Shown here one piece after another: positions 58,320-64,000 of a DNA stretch of 64,000 nucleotides. Location of the stretch: NCBI GenBank assembly GCA_965226055.1, contig CBDDCA010000004.1:152695-216694 (forward strand), in the 5' to 3' direction. A program made the translations under genes and the position numbers. The stretch's first letter is position 1. Each line of letters begins with the position of its first letter. This stretch comes from Spirochaetia bacterium. GTDB lineage: Bacteria; Spirochaetota; Spirochaetia; WTKD01; G963693115. A model generated the notes under the pieces. The model worked only from the letters and a program-made list of their open reading frames with translations, did no database searches and was not told the origin of the DNA.

Positions 58320-58915
58320 AAAAAGTAAGTATTATTTTAGTTCTGTTGCTCGTTTTTAGTGTGTTGTTAGGGAGTCTTCTTTATTGGTTAGAGTTAGTGA
58401 ATGTCTTACCATCTAGGGTATTTATCAATTTTTTTGACAATATAACGAATGAAAGTACTCCTACACTTGAAATTGAATCTGTGAGTGATACTCTATTGCT
58501 TGAAAAAATTAGGTTAGAGAAGCAATATGAAGCCATACAAACACAACAGCAAAATCTTGTTGATTTTGAACAAACGCTTGTACAAAGAGAGCAAGAAATA
58601 GTGAAAAAAGAAGAGATAATACGTATGCGTGAAGAAGAATTAGATAATCAAGAATTAAGTCTAAACCAGCGTGCAAAAACAATCGACAATAAAACTGAGG
58701 GAGTACGGTATAATACACAAGCTCTTTTAAATATGCCTCCGCGTTCTGCTGTTAGAATATTGGAAGGATATGAAGATCAACAGTTAATTGATACTCTGTT
58801 AATTGCAGATCAAATAGCAAATGAAAATAATACCCAATCATTAGTGCCATTTTGGTTGTCACTGATGGATCCTGTGAAAGTTGCTGAGATACAAGCAAAA
58901 ATAACATATAGATAA
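58313..58915 (+). CDS. flbB: periplasmic flagellar collar protein FlbB
   Basis: N-terminal TM, coiled coil, MPPRSAV.IL, SLVPFWLSLMDP; spirochete position. Confidence 0.88.
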   Translation: MLKKVSIILVLLLVFSVLLGSLLYWLELVNVLPSRVFINFFDNITNESTPTLEIESVSDTLLLEKIRLEKQYEAIQTQQQNLVDFEQTLVQREQEIVKKEEIIRMREEELDNQELSLNQRAKTIDNKTEGVRYNTQALLNMPPRSAVRILEGYEDQQLIDTLLIADQIANENNTQSLVPFWLSLMDPVKVAEIQAKITYR

Positions 58916-58923
58916 GGACGTCT

Positions 58924-60384
58924 ATGATTCAAACTATATCATTGCAGAACAATTATGGAACATTGTTTGCACATGAAAGCAATACTTATTCTGCTAATAT
59001 ACTGTTAGATGGAAAAGGAAGTGATGTATATTCTGCAGGTTCGCCTCTTGAAAATACCTATCAATCATTTCAAAAAGAGCTTATGAATACTGCAGATAAG
59101 AAAAATACCTATCAATATTCTAGCCAACAACAAGAAAAGCAAAGTATTGTTCAGCAAAATACAGATAAGTCGTATAAAGAAGCCCATTCTTCTTATAAAG
59201 ATAATATCTCCGTGCATAAAAAGGTACGTACAAAGACTGCAGAGAAACAAAAAGATACTGATAGTGTTTCTAAGCAAAAAATACATGAAGGAACAACGAG
59301 AGAGAAAGAAGAGAGTACTAGCTTTGTAGAGCAGACATTTCTTTCTCATGTATTACAAGAAAAAAAGTTGCCTGTACATGCATCAACACACAGATCTGAT
59401 GAAGAAAATACAGAGAAGACGAAACCAAAACATAGGAGTACCCTACAATTATCCAAGCATGATAATGAAGAAGAATCTTCTATTGTATTTGATATGCTTT
59501 CTAAATATCATAAAAAATACGATAAAAAAACTGATACTTCTGCTGATAGTTTTACGGTAAAAGAAGCAACTGCACAGAAAGGAGCAATATCTCAAGAAAG
59601 TCTGTCTTCATCCTTTGTGTCTCAGAAAGAACAAATACAAGATACTATTGAAACTCTTATAAAAGAAAGTAATCTTAGCAAAGAAAAAAATAATGCTTCC
59701 TTACATCAAACAGAAGAAGCTGCTTCTTTTGAAAAAACGGAAAAGGAAACTTCTCTTTTTTCACAGTTACAGCATACAATAAAAAATAATTATCATAAAA
59801 AAAAGTATAAACAGTCACTTACTGCTGATAACAAAAATGTATTTTCTCATGAAAATGTAAAAGCCTCTTCTCAAGAATATGCTATGTTGCATCAACAGAT
59901 ATCTTTAGAAACTCAAGGTATGTCGATTCCTCGTAAAGTATCTCTGTTACATAATGCACAAAATCAGTTACAAAATTTTATTCAAAATGATTTTATGAAA
60001 CAAGCTCGCTTGCTCATACACCCTAATGCTTCAGGAGAGATTAAAATTGCATTACAACCACGTGAATTAGGTGATGTTAAGTATACTATAAAACTTGATA
60101 AAAATAGTATTAGTGCTAAAGTGGTGGTAGAAAGCGATGCAGTAAAAGAGTTGGTATTAAAAAGTATTGAACAGCTATCTAAACAATTTTTGCAAGAAGG
60201 GTATGAAATTGGTAATTTTACTGTTTCAGTTGATTCTAAAAATACCGAAAATAATACAAATGATAAGGACGAATTGCCAAAGCAGTTACAACAAGACAAA
60301 GAAATAGATTTGCTTGGATATGTAGCTGATGCTTTTGAAGGAGCATATGTTGGGGTTTCAGACCGTATCAATTTAATTGCATAG
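58924..60384 (+). CDS. fliK: flagellar hook-length control protein FliK
   Basis: Low-complexity N-terminus; [15 protein letters not shown]; before flgD. Confidence 0.88.
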   Translation: MIQTISLQNNYGTLFAHESNTYSANILLDGKGSDVYSAGSPLENTYQSFQKELMNTADKKNTYQYSSQQQEKQSIVQQNTDKSYKEAHSSYKDNISVHKKVRTKTAEKQKDTDSVSKQKIHEGTTREKEESTSFVEQTFLSHVLQEKKLPVHASTHRSDEENTEKTKPKHRSTLQLSKHDNEEESSIVFDMLSKYHKKYDKKTDTSADSFTVKEATAQKGAISQESLSSSFVSQKEQIQDTIETLIKESNLSKEKNNASLHQTEEAASFEKTEKETSLFSQLQHTIKNNYHKKKYKQSLTADNKNVFSHENVKASSQEYAMLHQQISLETQGMSIPRKVSLLHNAQNQLQNFIQNDFMKQARLLIHPNASGEIKIALQPRELGDVKYTIKLDKNSISAKVVVESDAVKELVLKSIEQLSKQFLQEGYEIGNFTVSVDSKNTENNTNDKDELPKQLQQDKEIDLLGYVADAFEGAYVGVSDRINLIA

Positions 60385-60392
60385 GAGTTATA

Positions 60393-60854
60393 ATGAATAT
60401 AAGCCAATTACAAGTTGCACAATCAAGTGTAGCTTCAGTATCAAACAATACTGAAGCTACAGCACAACAAAGAACAGATCAATCAAGGGATATTATTCAA
60501 AATCAGCAAGTGTTAGGAAAAGATGATTTTTTGCAATTATTGGTAACACAATTAAAATATCAAGATCCAAGCAAGCCTATGGAAGATACTGCATTTATAT
60601 CGCAAATGGCTGAATTTTCTGCACTTGAGCAAATGACAAATATGAGTAAAGGGTTTGAAAGTCTTGCAGGTAATCTTAATAGCGCTTTTGTTTTATCTCT
60701 TATAGGGAAAGATGTTGAAATTACTAATAATACTAATGTGGTTTCAGGAAAGGTAAATGAGGTTACATTGGGCTCTAGCCCTCAAGTGAATGTTGAAGGA
60801 TCATACTATGCTATAGACAATATAAGCCGAGTAGGCAACATGGAGGTACAATAA
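60393..60854 (+). CDS. flgD: flagellar hook capping protein FlgD
   Basis: [36 protein letters not shown]. Confidence 0.96.
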   Translation: MNISQLQVAQSSVASVSNNTEATAQQRTDQSRDIIQNQQVLGKDDFLQLLVTQLKYQDPSKPMEDTAFISQMAEFSALEQMTNMSKGFESLAGNLNSAFVLSLIGKDVEITNNTNVVSGKVNEVTLGSSPQVNVEGSYYAIDNISRVGNMEVQ

Positions 60855-60855
60855 T

Positions 60856-62265
60856 ATGATGAGGTCTCTTTATTCAGGAGTTTCTGGTTTACAGAATCAT
60901 CAAACAAAAATGGATGTAATTGGAAATAATATATCGAATGTGAATACAATAGGATTTAAGAAAGGACGTGTTACATTTCAGGATATTTTTTCACAATATC
61001 TTGATAGCCCTTCTGCTCCAAATCAACGTTTAGGTGGAGTTAATCCAAAGCAAGTGGGGCTTGGTATGTCAATAGCTTCTATAGATACATTATTTACCGA
61101 AGGCTCATTACAAACAACAGGAGTGAAAGGAGATCTTGCAATTACTGGAAACGGTTTTTTTATTTTACGTTCTGGTGAAGAAGAGTTATTTACTCGAGCA
61201 GGTGCTTTTGATGTCGACTCAGAAGGGCGTTTAGTAAACCCTGCAAATGGTATGAGGGTACAAGGATGGAATGCTCAAAGAATTGATACTGATTATGTAA
61301 TAAACACGACTGGTTCAATTGAAGATGTGCAAATTCCAATTCAAGCAAAAGATCCAGCAAACGCTACTACGCAAGTATTATTGCGTTCTAACTTAAATAA
61401 GAACACTCAGGTTATTCCTCCTGGTTCTGACGCTACTACTATTGCAGAAAATACTTGGGTAGTAGAGGAAACTATTTATGATGCTTTTGGAGTAGGTCAT
61501 TTATTACAGATGAGTTTTACAAGAGATGGTGCTACAGTAAATCAATGGAATGTTGATGTTGTGATAAATCCAAATAATGAAAATAATCTTCCTATTCTTC
61601 CTGCGTTAACAATAGGAGGACAGGCTTTGCCTGCCAATAATTTTCAGGTTACTTTTGATAATCAAGGGGTTATACAATCAGTAGGGGAAGATGCAGCAGG
61701 ACCTCTTGATCTTTTAGATAGGTTAGAGGTAGCGGTTACATTTGCTGTTCCAGACGCGAACCCTGTTCCTGATGCAACTGGAGCTTTGATTACACAAACA
61801 CAGCAATTTAATATTGATCTAGGAAATGCTGGACAGTTTGTGGATAGTGTTACTCAGTTTGCTTCTGAAAGTTCTACAAAAATATATTCACAAGATGGAT
61901 ATACTATGGGATATCTTCAAGATTTTTCGATAGATCAATTAGGGAATGTTGTTGGAAAATTTAGTAATGATCAGAGACGAGTGCTTGCTAAGATTGCTCT
62001 TGCTTCATTTGCAAATCCAGAAGGATTGGAAAAAACTGGTGATACAAATTTTACTGTAACGAGTAACAGCGGTTTGGCAAATATAGGTGAGCCTGCAACT
62101 GTAGATAGGGGATTTATCCAAGCAGGAAAACTTGAAATGAGTAATGTAGATATTGCAGAAGAATTTACTGATATGATAGTCACACAGCGTGGGTTTCAAG
62201 CTAATAGTAGAACTATCCGTACTTCTGATCAAATGATACAAGAATTGCTGACATTGAAACAATAA
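60856..62265 (+). CDS. flgE: flagellar hook protein FlgE
   Basis: MMRSLYSGVSGL, GNNISNVNT.GFK, TRAGAF, LEMSNVD..EEFTDMIVTQRGFQAN. Confidence 0.97.
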   Translation: MMRSLYSGVSGLQNHQTKMDVIGNNISNVNTIGFKKGRVTFQDIFSQYLDSPSAPNQRLGGVNPKQVGLGMSIASIDTLFTEGSLQTTGVKGDLAITGNGFFILRSGEEELFTRAGAFDVDSEGRLVNPANGMRVQGWNAQRIDTDYVINTTGSIEDVQIPIQAKDPANATTQVLLRSNLNKNTQVIPPGSDATTIAENTWVVEETIYDAFGVGHLLQMSFTRDGATVNQWNVDVVINPNNENNLPILPALTIGGQALPANNFQVTFDNQGVIQSVGEDAAGPLDLLDRLEVAVTFAVPDANPVPDATGALITQTQQFNIDLGNAGQFVDSVTQFASESSTKIYSQDGYTMGYLQDFSIDQLGNVVGKFSNDQRRVLAKIALASFANPEGLEKTGDTNFTVTSNSGLANIGEPATVDRGFIQAGKLEMSNVDIAEEFTDMIVTQRGFQANSRTIRTSDQMIQELLTLKQ

Positions 62266-62346
62266 ATTTTTTAATGCATATATTGTATAATGTATGTTTT
62301 AGAGAGTAAAAAATAACATTTGTTATAGTGAAATATGTGATAAAAT

Positions 62347-62565
62347 ATGGTGTTAGTTACAAAATTGAATAATTCTTATTATTATCTTAATCCTCATCTC
62401 ATTGAAACTGTGGAATCAAAGCCAGATACCACCATAACGTTAGTATCAAATAAAAGTTTAGTTATAAAAGAAAGTCCTCAAGCGTTAATTCAAAAAATTA
62501 AAGAATATAGACGTTCTATTGGTATAGAAATAAGTGAGGATGAAGGGAAAGAGGTACTTGAATGA
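62347..62565 (+). CDS. flbD: flagellar protein FlbD (SwrD family)
   Basis: VTKLN...LNPHLIETVESKPDTTITL. Confidence 0.93.
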   Translation: MVLVTKLNNSYYYLNPHLIETVESKPDTTITLVSNKSLVIKESPQALIQKIKEYRRSIGIEISEDEGKEVLE

Positions 62566-63350
62566 GATTAAATATACTTACTGTAGTGGGCTTATTGTCA
62601 GTGTGGGGGGTGATAATAGTTGGTATATTGTTTGCCGGAGTAGGAATTTTTCCTTTTATAAGTATATCTTCTCTTTTTATTATTTTTGGAGGCATTATAA
62701 CAATACTGATGATAGCGGCTCCAAAAGGATTTATACGTAATATGTATGTATATCTTCGTATATGTCTGTCAAATACAGATTCTAATAAAATTGAAACTAT
62801 TGATTTACTGGTAAATCTTTCTAACAAAGCAAGAAGAGATGGATTACTTGCTCTTGAAGATAATTTAGCTGATATAGAGAATCAGCATATGCGCAAAGGA
62901 ATACAAATGGTTATTGATGGAACTGATCCTACTATTATTAAACGTACTCTTTTAATAGAGCAAGATGAGGTTCATTCTCGACATGAAAAAGTACAGAATA
63001 CATTTGTGTTTTTAGAAAAAATTTCTCCTGCACTCGGTCTTATTGGAACTGTTATTGGCCTTATTGCACTTTTAGGTAATATTGGAGGAGATCCTGCTTC
63101 TATTGGCTTGGGTATGCAAACTGCTCTTGTTACTACATTGTATGGATCTTTGCTTGCAAATGTATTTTTTGCTCCTATTCGTAACAGACTAATAGAACAT
63201 GATATAGAAGAATTTCTTGTTTACGATATAATTTTAGAAGGGGTACTTGGAATACAAGCTGGGGATAACCCTCGTATATTGAAAGATAGATTGCATGCTT
63301 TTCTTAGCAATGAGGAAAAGGAAAAAGTATACATAGATGAGGAGCGATAA
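62562..63350 (+). CDS. motA: flagellar stator protein MotA
   Basis: ARRDGLLALE, DG.DP, PALGLIGTVIGL, ALVTTLYG, IQAGDNPR. Confidence 0.96.
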   Translation: MRLNILTVVGLLSVWGVIIVGILFAGVGIFPFISISSLFIIFGGIITILMIAAPKGFIRNMYVYLRICLSNTDSNKIETIDLLVNLSNKARRDGLLALEDNLADIENQHMRKGIQMVIDGTDPTIIKRTLLIEQDEVHSRHEKVQNTFVFLEKISPALGLIGTVIGLIALLGNIGGDPASIGLGMQTALVTTLYGSLLANVFFAPIRNRLIEHDIEEFLVYDIILEGVLGIQAGDNPRILKDRLHAFLSNEEKEKVYIDEER

Positions 63351-63353
63351 TAT

Positions 63354-64000
63354 ATGCCTCAATTAACTCAAGAAACTGTACAAAGAAAAAGGCAAACAAA
63401 AAGAGGAAGTGTTGGAGCTCCATTATGGATGGTAACGTTTGGTGATATGACAACATTATTGCTCACTTTTTTTATTATTCTTCTCACTGCAGCAAAAATT
63501 GATGGACATGAATTAAAGATAATTCTCTCTAATTTTCCAGGGTTAGATAAATTGCTTACAGGAACTACGCTTGTAGAAGGTCCTCTTACGAGTCAAAGTG
63601 TACTATTAGAATCTTCAGTGTCAAATGTTATTGAAACTGCCCTAAATGCAGTAGAAAAGGATCTTACAGGATTTTTTGAAGATTTTGACCAAGATACAGT
63701 ACAGTTATCAAGCAATGAGAGAGGTTTAGTGATATCTCTTGCTTCTGATTATTTCTTTGAACGTTATTCAGCAAAAGTTAATTTACTAAACTATGGAGAT
63801 TTGTTGAGAAAAATAGCCCAAGTGTTACAAAATTTTGCCCAAGAAGGAGGGCTTTTTAGAGTGGAAGGACATGCCGATGAAACTAATTTTCCACTTGGAT
63901 TACAGTTTGATGATGTATGGGAATTATCGTCTGCGAGAGCTGTATCTATTATACAGATTTTAGAAAAATATTTGGTTCCGTTAAGGAATGCCCATGTGTC
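63354..64000 (+). CDS. motB: flagellar stator protein MotB (truncated by the window end)
   Basis: Translated by hand: MPQLTQE...APLWMVTFGDMTTLLLTFFIILL; later ERGLVISL and RVEGHAD...WELSSARA (OmpA-like). Confidence 0.93.
   Translation, partial: MPQLTQETVQRKRQTKRGSVGAPLWMVTFGDMTTLLLTFFIILLTAAKIDGHELKIILSNFPGLDKLLTGTTLVEGPLTSQSVLLESSVSNVIETALNAVEKDLTGFFEDFDQDTVQLSSNERGLVISLASDYFFERYSAKVNLLNYGDLLRKIAQVLQNFAQEGGLFRVEGHADETNFPLGLQFDDVWELSSARAVSIIQILEKYLVPLRNAHV

Overview
AT-rich bacterial chromosome segment. Gene content and order point to a spirochete: flbB/flbD in the flgB-motB operon, the dnaG-rpoD-Zn ribbon-rnpB-TPR-mreBCD-mrdA-rodA block, and ftsZ-xerD-dprA-xerC-hslVU ahead of flgB. The core backbone is interrupted by accessory inserts. 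(1) 13.7-20.9 kb: a Panacea antitoxin plus a 2-TM partner, then three dynamin-like GTPases (Eleos/LeoABC-like). Their candidate sigma70 promoter has a 16-T tract in the -35/-10 spacer, a likely phase-variation switch. (2) 30.7-33.0 kb: a ParB-N gene and a PD-QxK nuclease-like gene in the same frame, separated by one TAA. (3) 34.8-37.5 kb: a TPR-DUF2971 protein built from shuffled 102-bp cassettes, convergent with a RipA-like small membrane protein. (4) 42.4-43.6 kb: a DUF285 lipoprotein and a small membrane protein. (5) 45.6-51.2 kb: LtrA, a YLDPG-leader TagF-like transferase, and a YidC-like/multi-TM/alkaline-phosphatase-superfamily fusion, possibly an undescribed surface-polymer system. At least five genes have a -10 box exactly 6 nt before an SD-less ATG, suggesting frequent leaderless translation. 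All family assignments come from recognising motifs by eye; no database searches were run.
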